This document shows positions 10,393 through 20,954 of a DNA stretch of 64,000 bases, piece after piece. The translations under genes and the position numbers were made by a program. Position 1 is the stretch's first letter. The number at the start of each line of letters is the position of its first letter. This DNA comes from a bacterium. GTDB taxonomy: Bacteria > Patescibacteriota > Minisyncoccia > Phycocordibacterales > UBA9973. The notes below the pieces were generated by a model. That model was not told the DNA's origin. It did not search any database and was given only the letters and a program-made list of their open reading frames with translations. The stretch lies in the NCBI GenBank assembly GCA_027484965.1, contig JAIXRY010000006.1, positions 130,101 to 194,100 of the forward strand, in the 5' to 3' direction.

Positions 10393-10644
10393 ATGTTGAA
10401 ACAAAAAATCTCAACTGGCACAGTCCACAAAACACCAATAGATGTACAAGATACTCTTATTTCAAAGCCAAAGTTTTTAGAAATTTGGGAAGATATTACC
10501 CCACTTTCACGTAATGAATGGATATGCTGGATTGAATCCGCAAAGAAATTAGAGACGAGAGAACGTAGAATTAAAATAATGCTTGATAAATTCAACAAAG
10601 GCGAACGTCGCCCATGTTGCTGGGCTGGATGTTCTCACAGATAG
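10393..10644 (+). CDS. YdeI/OmpD-associated family protein
   Basis: SRNEWICWIESAKKLETRERRIKIMLDKF matches the OmdA/YdeI C-terminal pattern. Confidence 0.5.
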   Translation: MLKQKISTGTVHKTPIDVQDTLISKPKFLEIWEDITPLSRNEWICWIESAKKLETRERRIKIMLDKFNKGERRPCCWAGCSHR

Positions 10645-10687
10645 CAAAAAACAGATTCAATTGAATCTGTTTTTTATTTTATACTAA

Positions 10688-11200
10688 TTAAGAATTTTTT
10701 GAATCCAAATAGAACTTCCAAAGCTTTTTCATATCACTTCTGGATAGTATTTCTTCTATTTCGCTTTCATTCACCCATTCAAATCGAGCTATTGCGAGTT
10801 CTTCTTCTGATATAGTCTCCTGCTCCAAATCTTCTAATTGAGCAAATACAAGATGATAGTGCGCGAGTCTATTCACTTTTTTAACAACATGATAAAAGAG
10901 TCCATGAGATACACAATCCATTTCTTCAATGTGTTTTACATTTTTAAATCCTGTTTCTTCTAAAATCTCTTTTTGTACTGTTTCTTCTACAGAATCACCT
11001 GTTTCAATACCTCCTGTCAAAAATCCACACCAGCCATTACTCCATTTTGCAATTAGATAAGTATTTTCCGTTGAATGCTTGATGATTACAGCTATAGGAT
11101 CACGCTCAACAATACCTTCTTCTGGTCTAAAGTTATCTGACCCACCACTTTCATTTACATCAACATCTGAATACATTTTCAATATTTCATCTTTTGTCAT
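10688..11200 (-). CDS. NUDIX hydrolase
   Basis: Nudix box GGIETGDSVEETVQKEILEETGF. Confidence 0.8.
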   Translation of the reverse strand: MTKDEILKMYSDVDVNESGGSDNFRPEEGIVERDPIAVIIKHSTENTYLIAKWSNGWCGFLTGGIETGDSVEETVQKEILEETGFKNVKHIEEMDCVSHGLFYHVVKKVNRLAHYHLVFAQLEDLEQETISEEELAIARFEWVNESEIEEILSRSDMKKLWKFYLDSKNS

Positions 11201-11271
11201 ACAAAAATTATAACATAGGTCCCAAAATTATTTTTAATAAAAAAAAATCTACCATTTAGGTAGATTCAAGG

Positions 11272-11754
11272 CTATTCAACTTTTAAGACTTCTATTAAAT
11301 TATTTTCAAAATAAAATTTATCGCCTTCTTTCTTATTATGTAGCCCAAAGTAGGTCGCTGAGTTCTTTGATACTATAATTATTACATCATTCAGGAAATC
11401 AGGTTTTAACACAAGACCACCACCTTCTTCCAAAAAGAAGTAATGTTTAGTTGTTCCATTTTTAATAGTGACCAAGCTACCTGTCTCAATTACGTTTTTA
11501 CTCTTGAAATTTCCTTGGTCTTTAATTTTTTCTAAAACCCTTATATTGTGGGATATAACCCCAACTTTATGAGCTAAATAATCAGACTCAGTAATTTGTA
11601 TTTCATTTTCTTCTGGATTTTTAACAAGAAGGGACTCTGATAATCCTTCCTGTAACTGAAATTTATTTAAAATTTCAGTGGCGACTTTTCTTTTTTCATA
11701 CAAGTCTTTCAAAGCGAGCTCAAGAAGCTTTAATTTGATTTCTTTACTTTTCAT
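11272..11754 (-). CDS. GreA/GreB-family transcription elongation factor-like protein
   Basis: 160 aa, N-terminal coiled coil, C-terminal VIETGSLVTIKNGTT...GDKFYFENNLIEVLKV resembling the GreA FKBP-like domain. Confidence 0.55.
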   Translation of the reverse strand: MKSKEIKLKLLELALKDLYEKRKVATEILNKFQLQEGLSESLLVKNPEENEIQITESDYLAHKVGVISHNIRVLEKIKDQGNFKSKNVIETGSLVTIKNGTTKHYFFLEEGGGLVLKPDFLNDVIIIVSKNSATYFGLHNKKEGDKFYFENNLIEVLKVE

Positions 11755-11909
11755 GTTTTTAATATTTGTATAATTAATAACATATTAAACAAATAAAGTC
11801 AATAATACGTAATACAAAATAAGACCTTATGTATGTAAGTTTTATTCGGAATCAGGACTACTCTATTTGAATAAAATAAAAAAGGAGCCAAGATGACTCC
11901 TTCTAAAAA

Positions 11910-12815
11910 TTATAATTCATATCCGTAAATATGACTTGCAATTTTTTCAATAAAAAATGGTGACTTCAAGCTTTGTCTTCTATTCATTTCATCTGGACCA
12001 CTAATGAATTCCATAAGAGATTCTGTCTCAATTTCAGTTCTTTGAAATTCCAAACATTTTTGAAGAGAAACCTTCTCAGATTCTGAACCTTCCAAAGAAT
12101 TTTTAAGTACATAATATGCATCCTTAAAATTTGATGCGCTATTCGCTCTATCTAAAGCCAGAAGATTCATTTCCTCATTAAAAATATTATCCATTACTGG
12201 ATCAATATTATAAGGTTTATAAAAATTAAGCACAGAGTAATCTTCTAAAGTTTTTGCTAAATACGAAGCCTCATAAAAACGGGTAAGTTTTTCGGAAGGA
12301 GTAAATCTGTTTGGCATGTCCGGTGCATTTAAATACTTTTCAATAGCTTCATCAAAATTTGTTGGTTCTTTGTCGAAGTCTCTATTATAGATCTTCAACC
12401 ATTTATTCATAAAAGCAGAATAAAGAGCTTTTTCTTCATCTGTTAGATCTTCTTCATAGTCATTGAAAAAAATTACAGAAATCTCAGAATCAAGATCCAA
12501 AACTTCTTTCATAGTATCTAAGAGCTCAATAGCCTTATTACTTGGAATATACACTAACCCCAGATAATCAGGAGCTTTCTGTATTATCTTCATTGCACCC
12601 TCGAATGAAGATGTGAGCTCTACCCATTTTTTAAAACAGATAACTTGTTTCTCGGTCTTTGGCTGACATTCATCAAACATTTTTTCCGCATCTTCAGCAG
12701 TGGTTGCATCGCATACCCCGTCAAGAGGTATACCTAGTAGTGTTTTGATTTCAGGTATTGATATACCTAATTCTTTTGACATAAGTTTTATGTCTAGTTC
12801 TTTTTTTGTTTCCAT
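11910..12815 (-). CDS. hypothetical protein (301 aa)
   Basis: ORF only. Confidence 0.45.
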   Translation of the reverse strand: METKKELDIKLMSKELGISIPEIKTLLGIPLDGVCDATTAEDAEKMFDECQPKTEKQVICFKKWVELTSSFEGAMKIIQKAPDYLGLVYIPSNKAIELLDTMKEVLDLDSEISVIFFNDYEEDLTDEEKALYSAFMNKWLKIYNRDFDKEPTNFDEAIEKYLNAPDMPNRFTPSEKLTRFYEASYLAKTLEDYSVLNFYKPYNIDPVMDNIFNEEMNLLALDRANSASNFKDAYYVLKNSLEGSESEKVSLQKCLEFQRTEIETESLMEFISGPDEMNRRQSLKSPFFIEKIASHIYGYEL

Positions 12816-12902
12816 TTTTTAATGATTTAATTTAATACTATAAGTAAAATATATTTATGTCAATAATAAAAAGCCAATACAAAAGTATCAGCTTTTTTAA
12901 GT

Positions 12903-13673
12903 CTAAAACCAAAAACGCCAAGATGGATAATCTCCGTTTTCATCTAGTCTATAAAGACCTCCCCTAAACTTAATATCTTCTTTTTTTCTAGATATCATTT
13001 GATTCTGGAATTCATTAAAGTTTACAGGTATGTGTAGATATATTACAGCAAAAACATCAGTCCCATTTTTAACTCGTGAGAAATTTTTGATAATATCATT
13101 ATTATCTGACATTATACGATAACCATCTCCTTGTTTACTCTTCCACTTAGAGTGTGGCTGAAATACATTGTCAAAAAGTTGAAATATTACTTCATCCTTA
13201 ATTCCTGTTATCCCTTTTATTAAAGGCAAATTATAAACCTTGCCCACTGGGAATTGGATACTTATCGTAGGTGACATGAAGTGTTTATGAAGATAGCTAT
13301 ACAAACACTTTTTTACCAGCTTCACCTCTACATTATCTTTCCAAGGATAATTTCTCAATTCAAATTCAATCTCTTCCGCAAGAAAATTTATGTTTCGCTT
13401 TAAAGAATGATCATTTCTCTGATCTTTTGAATTGATTTGCAAAGCAGGATCCATTTCTAAAACAATTGGCTGCTGGAAAAGCCTTCTTGGTTTTAAAAAT
13501 ACGAGAGCAGGGTAACTTTCATCGAATTTAAACTGTCCCTCTGGCAATTTTTTCTTACTTAGTTCATCAAGAGCTAATAGCAACTCATCGTAATGAGGTA
13601 AATGTAGTTGTGTTTCCATGTATTTATTTTTAAAGTTTAATTTAATTCTATATATATCAAATATTATTGTCAA
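12903..13673 (-). CDS. hypothetical protein (256 aa)
   Basis: ORF only. Confidence 0.45.
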   Translation of the reverse strand: MTIIFDIYRIKLNFKNKYMETQLHLPHYDELLLALDELSKKKLPEGQFKFDESYPALVFLKPRRLFQQPIVLEMDPALQINSKDQRNDHSLKRNINFLAEEIEFELRNYPWKDNVEVKLVKKCLYSYLHKHFMSPTISIQFPVGKVYNLPLIKGITGIKDEVIFQLFDNVFQPHSKWKSKQGDGYRIMSDNNDIIKNFSRVKNGTDVFAVIYLHIPVNFNEFQNQMISRKKEDIKFRGGLYRLDENGDYPSWRFWF

Positions 13674-13773
13674 ACTATAATTTGAAAAATTAAACAGAGT
13701 GTATTAGAAAAATAAAAGGCTGAACTTTTTGTTCAGCTTTTTTAATATAATTTTAAAAATCATCTTCTTAACT

Positions 13774-14181
13774 CTACAGATTAACAACGATAATATCTTC
13801 ATAGGTTAAGATTTCTAGAGGGACGTCTACAGATAGATATTCAGATTTGAATCCAAATTTTTTGTGTAAAAGACTAACACTAAGCACTCCATCCCTGATT
13901 CCAGGACTAAGGCGATATTCAACTCCCATAGATCCCCACAATCGTGTTAATTTAGTGTCGAATCCACTACTGATCATATCGTGTATCCCTCCGTATACTT
14001 CATAGTGAAGTATCTCACGGGTTAAATTAACACCATTAGGTTCAATCTGAATCCTGACTGGTTGAGAAAATTTTTCTGATTTTTGAATCATCAGAATGGT
14101 TAGCTTTTTGGTAAAATCATTGGCATCGGGAGAATTTCGCACTGCGGCAAAAATTAGCTCCATTTGTTCGTCTGTAATCAT
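13774..14181 (-). CDS. hypothetical protein (135 aa)
   Basis: ORF only. Confidence 0.4.
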   Translation of the reverse strand: MITDEQMELIFAAVRNSPDANDFTKKLTILMIQKSEKFSQPVRIQIEPNGVNLTREILHYEVYGGIHDMISSGFDTKLTRLWGSMGVEYRLSPGIRDGVLSVSLLHKKFGFKSEYLSVDVPLEILTYEDIIVVNL

Positions 14182-14311
14182 ATTTTTAAGGGTTTATTTA
14201 CCTACATAATACCATACTTTTATTTATTTTTATACAAGAGAAAGATCACACATGGCGTCTGGATAATTTTTTTAGTACAATTATTATATTAAAAGTCATT
14301 AAAATAATATT

Positions 14312-14662
14312 ATGAATACACAAGAGATAGCAAATAGATTGGTAGAACTTTGTAGAGCAAATAATTTTGAAGGAGCATGGGATGAACTTTTTGCACCAAA
14401 TTGGGAGACTCACGAGCTTGCTGAATGGGGTGGAGCAATACGACACGGTAAAGAAGAAGCGAAAGCTTCGTCAGAAGAATGGCAGTCAGATATTCAAGAA
14501 ATGCATGAAATGACCATCAGTGACCCTATTGTTGCAGATGATAGTTTCGCTTGTGTTATGACTATGGATATTACTAGCAAGACTCGCGGACGAAACAAAG
14601 AATCAGAAATCTGTGTATACAAAGTTAAAGACGGCAAAATAATCATTGAAAGATTCTTTTAG
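14312..14662 (+). CDS. SnoaL-like/NTF2-fold small protein
   Basis: Size and pattern (RLVELCRANNFEGAWDELFAPNW...VKDGKIIIERFF) typical of the NTF2-like superfamily. Confidence 0.45.
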   Translation: MNTQEIANRLVELCRANNFEGAWDELFAPNWETHELAEWGGAIRHGKEEAKASSEEWQSDIQEMHEMTISDPIVADDSFACVMTMDITSKTRGRNKESEICVYKVKDGKIIIERFF

Positions 14663-14669
14663 AATACTG

Positions 14670-14699
14670 AAAAACTCCACATTTATGTGGAGTTTTTTT
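14670..14699 (+). terminator. rho-independent terminator aaaaactccacatttatgtggagttttttt
   Basis: 8-bp stem + 7-T run immediately after stop at 14662. Confidence 0.75.
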
Positions 14700-14884
14700 A
14701 GTATACATACATAATGAGGAGGGATGGCATTTATGAATAAAAACCAATTAAAACAAGAGTTTATATTATATTATGAATAAATATAGTTTAATGCTAGTAT
14801 TTATTCATAAACAGTTCTTTTGAATCTTATTTACTGGTCCCCTGAGAAGGCTATTTATCCTATTCAGGAAACCAGTAAATAAAT

Positions 14885-15319
14885 ATGAAGAAAATTCTAA
14901 TTCTAACCTCAAATGAGGTACTAGGCACTATCAATAATGACAAAAAATATTTGTCTCAAGATGCACACCTTCCAGATCTGTGGATAAATTACCCAGAACA
15001 ATGTTCAGGTCCTTGTGGTATGGTACAAACAATATCAGAAACAAATGGGGATCAATTCCATTGTGTTATATACGATAATAATGGTATCTCTATAATTCTT
15101 GGACAAATATTTGATAATGATGAGTGGAATCAAGAATCAATAGAAGTATGGCCTGATGCATTTACATTATTGATTAAAAAAGATGTGGCAGACAAGTTTG
15201 TCCCTATGGTAACAAAGTATGGAACAATAGAGGTAACTACTTTATTTTCAGATAAAACTTTAGGTAGACCTGATACAGAAGAAGAACTATCTTCAGGTGG
15301 ATCCTGTAATTTAAGGTAG
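14885..15319 (+). CDS. hypothetical protein (144 aa)
   Basis: ORF; preceded by leader hairpin. Confidence 0.45.
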   Translation: MKKILILTSNEVLGTINNDKKYLSQDAHLPDLWINYPEQCSGPCGMVQTISETNGDQFHCVIYDNNGISIILGQIFDNDEWNQESIEVWPDAFTLLIKKDVADKFVPMVTKYGTIEVTTLFSDKTLGRPDTEEELSSGGSCNLR

Positions 15320-15451
15320 AAGCAAGAATAGCTAGATTAAACTAGCTATTTTTTTATACCAGATTCGAACGCAGACTAGATTTGAGTTTAAATATTAGGA
15401 TTTTTGAGATGTAATAATAAAAGGCTGAATGCGTTTGCAGACAGCCTTTTT

Positions 15452-15760
15452 TCAATTTGTCACCCCCACTTTAACTCCCCCCATAACTAAATCTGTTCTT
15501 CCTATGTTTTCAAATATACCAGCAAGAATTAAATCTATATTCGATAAATATTCTGTACGTAATTTAAAACTTAATAAGTATTGATCTTCTTTTTGTTTTA
15601 TACAGGGGTCAATTTTAATACCTCTACATTGTAAAAAAATAACCTTCAGAGAGTCTATTATTCTTTCTTTTTCTATTTCAGATATAGAATCTTTTACAAT
15701 TTTAGTAATTGGAATCACTACCGAAACAGAGGTATCTAAGTTAATAATTGTCATTTCCAT
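15452..15760 (-). CDS. hypothetical protein (102 aa)
   Basis: ORF; first gene of the repeat-punctuated array. Confidence 0.4.
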   Translation of the reverse strand: MEMTIINLDTSVSVVIPITKIVKDSISEIEKERIIDSLKVIFLQCRGIKIDPCIKQKEDQYLLSFKLRTEYLSNIDLILAGIFENIGRTDLVMGGVKVGVTN

Positions 15761-15789
15761 AATTATTTATATGTTTTATATTTCCCCTC

Positions 15790-15885
15790 ATATTACATTT
15801 TTAAACTTGTAAAGTCAATATGTTCGAACTTCATATAAGGTAACAAAAAATCACTTTACTGATTAAGGTGATTTTTTTAAGACTC
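15790..15885. repeat. intergenic repeat family copy R1 (promoter extension + GTTCGAAC bracket + hairpin AATCACTTTA/TAAGGTGATT)
   Basis: Aligns with copies at 20121, 21629, 23597, 24234. Confidence 0.8.
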
Positions 15886-15916
15886 TTTAGATATCCCTAT
15901 TAGTCACACTTCAAGA

Positions 15917-16387
15917 CTAAGATAGCTTTTCTAAAATTGGAGTATCATCAGTATTAAGAGGTTCTAGATTTTTTTCTTTATGTATCTTTTGGATTAAATC
16001 AAACGCTTCATCTTCTGTTCCAGAAAAATTACTTATTGCTTCTTTAATATAATTAGTTCTGATATCAAATTCTTTTTCTATGTTTTGCAACACGTCAATC
16101 ATTGGTTTATGTTGTATGTTTGCTAATATAATATCTTTTAAGTCCAAACTCCAATTATCAAGATTTCTATGCCCCCAAGGAATTACTCGAAAATTTGTAA
16201 AAGTTTCATCAATTGGACCGTATTTATAAAGAGCTTTTCTGATAGAATCATTATTGTTTACAATTTCAGTAATTTCTTCCAAAAATTGTTTGTTTTTATT
16301 AACAAGATTATTTGAAATAGTAATAGCTTCTTCTCGAAGATTATTAATGTCTTCTTGTCTATTTTGATTAAAATCTATGTTTTCCAT
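15917..16387 (-). CDS. hypothetical protein (156 aa)
   Basis: ORF only. Confidence 0.4.
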   Translation of the reverse strand: MENIDFNQNRQEDINNLREEAITISNNLVNKNKQFLEEITEIVNNNDSIRKALYKYGPIDETFTNFRVIPWGHRNLDNWSLDLKDIILANIQHKPMIDVLQNIEKEFDIRTNYIKEAISNFSGTEDEAFDLIQKIHKEKNLEPLNTDDTPILEKLS

Positions 16388-16548
16388 ACTTTTAATTATA
16401 TCATTTTTATAAAAAATATAAACTCTACTGTGGTAACAAAAAACTTAAATATGTATAAATAAAGAGGTGATAATCGTTTTACATTTTTATACCTATAAAG
16501 TTAGTAGGACATTTAATCTATATAAATAATAGATAGATTAATAAACTT

Positions 16549-17595
16549 GTGTATAATATCCTTATGAATTATAAATTTTTTACAAATTCTGAAAAAACAT
16601 GGGAAGCCATGTTCAAGTCCATCTCTGGAGCACAAAAATCTATATACCTAGAGATGTATATTTTTCAGGGCAATATAGGTAAATACAATTTCTCAAAAAT
16701 CTTGGCGGAAAAATCAAGTGAAGGTCTACAAGTAAAATTAGTTCTGGACTCATTCGGTAGTCTTAGTCTAAATAATCTTGAAATCTCAGAAATGAAAAAA
16801 TCAGGGGTAGAAATATTGTTCACGAGTTATCTAATACATCGTACACATAGGAAAATACTGATTATAGACGAGAAATATGCATTTATGGGTGGGGTGAATA
16901 TTCATAAAAAATCACAATGGTGGAATGATTTGTCCGTCAGGATTCGTGGCAAATTGGTAAAAAATATAGTTGAATCGTTTATAAAATCATACATAAATGC
17001 TGGTGGAAATGACTCTGTATTGATTGAGAAAAAAAGAAAGAATGTTTTAGTAGAAGTGAATGCATGGATAATAGAACACTCCCCAATCAAAAAAATTTTT
17101 AATCTTAAAAAAATATATAAATACCACCTAGGAAAGACAGAGAAGCGTATAGTATTGGTGACCCCATATTTCATGCCGAGACGCTGGATGCAAGCACTCT
17201 TTCACAATGCTGTATTGCGCAATATTGCTGTAGATATATTAATACCTCGAGAAACTGATCATTTTATAATTGATAGGGTTAATTATTTTTACATGTACAA
17301 GATGTCCGAATTAGGTGTCAATTTTTATATGGAGAAAGATATGAATCATGCAAAACTTATGATACTAGATGAAGATGAGTGTATGGTGGGGTCACAGAAT
17401 CTAGATTTCCTTTCTTTTGATTACAATTCGGAAGTAGGAGTATTCTTTAAAGATCAAAAAGTAGCGTCGGTATTGATCGATATTACGGAAAAATGGAAAA
17501 AGGATTCTGTTCTGTTTGATCATAAAAAGCACAAGCCACAGTGGTTTGATTATATCCTTTCTCCATTTATTAAAGTATTCTTTAGAATTTTTTAA
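16549..17595 (+). CDS. phospholipase D-like / cardiolipin synthase-like protein with two HKD motifs
   Basis: HRKILIIDEKYAFMGGVNI and HAKLMILDEDECMVGSQNLD. Confidence 0.75.
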   Translation: MYNILMNYKFFTNSEKTWEAMFKSISGAQKSIYLEMYIFQGNIGKYNFSKILAEKSSEGLQVKLVLDSFGSLSLNNLEISEMKKSGVEILFTSYLIHRTHRKILIIDEKYAFMGGVNIHKKSQWWNDLSVRIRGKLVKNIVESFIKSYINAGGNDSVLIEKKRKNVLVEVNAWIIEHSPIKKIFNLKKIYKYHLGKTEKRIVLVTPYFMPRRWMQALFHNAVLRNIAVDILIPRETDHFIIDRVNYFYMYKMSELGVNFYMEKDMNHAKLMILDEDECMVGSQNLDFLSFDYNSEVGVFFKDQKVASVLIDITEKWKKDSVLFDHKKHKPQWFDYILSPFIKVFFRIF

Positions 17596-17688
17596 GAAAA
17601 TTAAAAATTGTATGTTAATAAAATAACCTTATTTATAAGGTTATTTTATTAACACGAATATGAGAGGATCTTCGATTGAGTATTTTTA

Positions 17689-18282
17689 TTATTTTAGATT
17701 TTTTCCTAGTTTATATACTTCATCTAGAAATTTTTTCCTTTTTTCATCAGTTGAAGATTGAATAGGTCCAAAATGAGAAATCTTAACTGGAGAAATACCA
17801 CAAAATTTCAAAGTTCTATCTTTAAGTTGATTTATACTAGGTGATCCAAAAAAATAATTGTAAATAAAATATGGAGTATCCATCGTAGTTATTATACGAG
17901 CAGTTCTTCCTTTTAAAAGTTTTTCAGGTATTGGAGAACCTTCTTTATATTTAAACGCAAAACCAGCAGAAAAGACCATATCGATAAAACATTTTAAAAT
18001 TGCAGGCATGCTTCCCCACCATACAGGATGAACAAAAATTATATGTTCAGCCCAAGCAATACTATCTCTCGCATCTTTTATTTCTTGCCCAACATCATTA
18101 CCACTATAGTGATCATATCGCAAATAATTTTCTATTGGCATATCAGTTACAACAATCTCTCTTACTTCTGCTCCACCTTCTATTGCACCTTTTTTATAAT
18201 TACTTGCAAGCGCACTACTAAAACTGTTCTTTTTAGGATGTCCATTTATAATTAATATTTTTTTCATAATATTATTATACAC
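17689..18282 (-). CDS. NAD(P)H-dependent FMN oxidoreductase (flavodoxin-like, KefG/YwrO-type)
   Basis: MKKILIINGHPKKNSFSSALA... flavodoxin_2 N-terminus. Confidence 0.65.
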   Translation of the reverse strand: MYNNIMKKILIINGHPKKNSFSSALASNYKKGAIEGGAEVREIVVTDMPIENYLRYDHYSGNDVGQEIKDARDSIAWAEHIIFVHPVWWGSMPAILKCFIDMVFSAGFAFKYKEGSPIPEKLLKGRTARIITTMDTPYFIYNYFFGSPSINQLKDRTLKFCGISPVKISHFGPIQSSTDEKRKKFLDEVYKLGKNLK

Positions 18283-18288
18283 TAAATA

Positions 18289-18345
18289 TATAGGTTCGAA
18301 CTCCTAGAAAGGTAACAAAATATTGCCTTTATTTACAAAGTGATT
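18289..18345. repeat. intergenic repeat family copy R2 (degenerate)
   Basis: ataGGTTCGAACtcctagaAAGGTAACAAAAtatt... shares 5' bracket and GGTAACAAAA core. Confidence 0.55.
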
Positions 18346-18855
18346 TTAATTTAAAACAGCCCTGCTGAATGGTACAGAGAAAGCTTTACACCATACCCAC
18401 ACTTCTTCTACACTTTTGGGGTCGACACCTTGAGGCAATTCATAATTTTGGGAACCAATATTACCTTTCAATTTACCAAGCTCACTCCCCTTCAAGTAAC
18501 TTCCATTTTTACCCAAACCTACATACAGATCAGGCCCATTATTTACATTAAAATCTTCCTCAAAACGAATATAATTCTTACCATTTATACTAACAATTCG
18601 TGCAGTGCCCGAGCCAGTATGCACCCTATCAAAACCAGTAAAATTTCCTTTTTTAATCTCTTCGAATTGATCAGACAGGCTTGATACAACAGCAGATTGT
18701 ACATCTTTATCAACTTGAATATCGGGGACTTGTGCAGCATTTTTAGTAACAGGCAAATCCTCAGAAACTTTTTTATTAATGAAAAATGGAGATATCAGCC
18801 AGTATCCAATTATCAAGACAACAAGGACGCAAATAAAAATTATATTTTTTTTCAT
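18346..18855 (-). CDS. membrane-anchored secreted protein, tentatively DM13-domain-like
   Basis: N-terminal TM; GSGTARIVSINGKNYIRFEEDFNVNNGPDLYVGL resembles DM13 signature (assignment from memory, tentative). Confidence 0.35.
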   Translation of the reverse strand: MKKNIIFICVLVVLIIGYWLISPFFINKKVSEDLPVTKNAAQVPDIQVDKDVQSAVVSSLSDQFEEIKKGNFTGFDRVHTGSGTARIVSINGKNYIRFEEDFNVNNGPDLYVGLGKNGSYLKGSELGKLKGNIGSQNYELPQGVDPKSVEEVWVWCKAFSVPFSRAVLN

Positions 18856-19043
18856 ATATTCTGATTATATCAAATTTAGAATTAAAATCGTTGCACAAAA
18901 GTAAAGCAGTTTACTTGCTCCCTCTAGCGAAAGTGTTCAGCCTGCCCACCTTTGGCAGGAACTCTAAATTGGGTTTCAAATGAGTATTGTTGAGGGAAAA
19001 TAAAAAGCCCTTCACATCATAATGATATGTGGGCTTTCAAAAA

Positions 19044-19646
19044 TCACTTACTCTTCATTACATTTGGAATTTGCGCCAAGAAATCTGGAACCCAAAAATC
19101 ATCAAACCAATACATTATGGCAAATAAAGATCTCTTGATTACATCTTTAGCAGATTCTTGGTCTAATACATTTTTATGATCTGCATCTTCTAAGATGGTA
19201 GCTAAAAGTTCGATTAAATATTGAACTGAATCTGTAAAAGTAGGGACAATACGTTGCCCCATATTTTTTACAGGCACATACGTTACCATTTCATCATCTA
19301 TAGGAATTTTAAATTCAGAAACTTGTTCTTTTGTAATCCCTACAGTGTTTGCAAGTGAAAGAATGTTAACAATCATCTTTAATGTAGCGGTTTTTTGAAT
19401 CAAAGCAAGACTTCCCAACTTTTCATCGGGTTGAGCTATCCATTGCATTTTACGAATACCACTCTTTTCAAAAGGGATATCGTCTTTAATTTTATTAACG
19501 GATTTTAAAATATGAAGCAGTCCGTGTTTTAATGCAAATATTATTTTCTGATCACCTTCTAATCTTCCTATAACAGGATAGTTTTCTTCATTAAAAACAT
19601 ACTTTGAGTTTACGTATTCAAAAGCATCTGTGAGATTTTTTATCAT
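19044..19646 (-). CDS. hypothetical protein (200 aa)
   Basis: ORF only. Confidence 0.4.
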   Translation of the reverse strand: MIKNLTDAFEYVNSKYVFNEENYPVIGRLEGDQKIIFALKHGLLHILKSVNKIKDDIPFEKSGIRKMQWIAQPDEKLGSLALIQKTATLKMIVNILSLANTVGITKEQVSEFKIPIDDEMVTYVPVKNMGQRIVPTFTDSVQYLIELLATILEDADHKNVLDQESAKDVIKRSLFAIMYWFDDFWVPDFLAQIPNVMKSK

Positions 19647-19710
19647 TTTATTTATTTTTAAATTTAGTTAAATACTACACTATTTAATCTAGGTGTCAAC
19701 TTAGATATTT

Positions 19711-19768
19711 AGGTTCGAACTTCATATAAGGTAACAAAAAATCACCCTATTCTGGAGTGATTTTATTA
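19711..19768. repeat. intergenic repeat family copy R3 (5' bracket + hairpin, lacks 3' module)
   Basis: aGGTTCGAACTTCATATAAGGTAACAAAAAATCACcctattctggaGTGATTTT. Confidence 0.75.
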
Positions 19769-19789
19769 AAATTACTTATGAATTTAAGA

Positions 19790-20089
19790 CTAGAGTCTAT
19801 AGTATCCTACAGGCTGTGAATTATCATCTGGCCAATTGACCCCATAACCACGCTCTTTCCACCACGCTTCTGCAATGGGTGTTATATATTTATCCCAACG
19901 GTTAATATGATTTTCTATTTGTTCTCTCTCGTGTGGGCGTAATACCTCCAAAACATCTCTAAACTCAGGTGGACTATTGTCATTTGTCCATTCTATTTTT
20001 AGTTTACCGATATGTGTTTCAAATTCTTTACATAATGATTTAAAAGTTTCTAAATCAGGTTGTTCATTTTCGATATTATTTGTTTCCAT
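19790..20089 (-). CDS. hypothetical protein (99 aa)
   Basis: ORF only. Confidence 0.4.
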   Translation of the reverse strand: METNNIENEQPDLETFKSLCKEFETHIGKLKIEWTNDNSPPEFRDVLEVLRPHEREQIENHINRWDKYITPIAEAWWKERGYGVNWPDDNSQPVGYYRL

Positions 20090-20120
20090 TTTTTAATTAT
20101 TTAATTGTTTAACATTTTTC

Positions 20121-20200
20121 TTTACATTACATTTTTCAACTTGTAAAGTCAATAGGTTCGGACTTCATATAAGGTAGCAAAAAATCACTTATACATTTAA
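20121..20200. repeat. intergenic repeat family copy R4 (promoter extension + 5' half)
   Basis: Near-identical to R1 over acatttttMaacttgtaaagtcaataGGTTCGRACTTCATATAAGGTARCAAAAAATCAC. Confidence 0.8.
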
Positions 20201-20281
20201 GATATCTACATACATTGACAAATCAAATATTATATGATAATATTTTTTTAAATAAACATTCACAATTTAAAAAATCAACTA

Positions 20282-20893
20282 ATGAAAAATTCAACAAAAA
20301 ACAAAGATTCAAAACACGGAATTACTTACGAGCAATTAATGGAATCTAATTTCCTCAAACACCCAACGCACAACGAAGTCGTTCACGCCATTTTCAACCC
20401 AATTATCATTGCCATAATTATTTTAGTAACAACTACAACCTATGTAAAAATTACTGATGGTGACTGGATTTTCAGTCTAATGGTTGGATTCATTACAAGC
20501 ATTTTAATGTCGATTAAACTCGCCATGGCAACAATGATAATTCCTGCTGGACACGGTGTTGGAATTGTTAAAAAAGGCAAACTTTCAGTGCTTGGATTAC
20601 CAAATTCGGCTGTAATAATGTTTAGTATTATTCTTTTATTAATATTAGCACTCAACTACATTACCATTACGTACAATTATTCTTTTGAAACATTTACAAG
20701 AATAAGGATGTTTAGCTTATCTATGTTGTTCGGTTTTATTTTATCAATTTGTTCATGGAGATTTCATACTTACTACAATACATGGTATGGAAGCGAGTAT
20801 GACGCTAGACTGGAATTCAAGAATAAAGGCTATGATGACGAATTGATTGAAAATAAAATTACGAAATTAAAGAAGCAAGGAATCTTGTTTTAA
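20282..20893 (+). CDS. integral membrane protein (203 aa)
   Basis: Multiple hydrophobic helices. Confidence 0.45.
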   Translation: MKNSTKNKDSKHGITYEQLMESNFLKHPTHNEVVHAIFNPIIIAIIILVTTTTYVKITDGDWIFSLMVGFITSILMSIKLAMATMIIPAGHGVGIVKKGKLSVLGLPNSAVIMFSIILLLILALNYITITYNYSFETFTRIRMFSLSMLFGFILSICSWRFHTYYNTWYGSEYDARLEFKNKGYDDELIENKITKLKKQGILF

Positions 20894-20954
20894 CGGAATT
20901 AATCAAGGTTAAGTATTGAGGTACTTTTTATCAAGTGCCTCATTTTTTATTTTA

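Noticed and set aside
18856-19043. Possible sRNA in the 190-nt gap (hairpins cctgcc-acctt-tggcagg and gcccttcacatca...gatatgtgggc)
   Set aside because: Hairpins are consistent with ordinary terminators for flanking genes; no other support.
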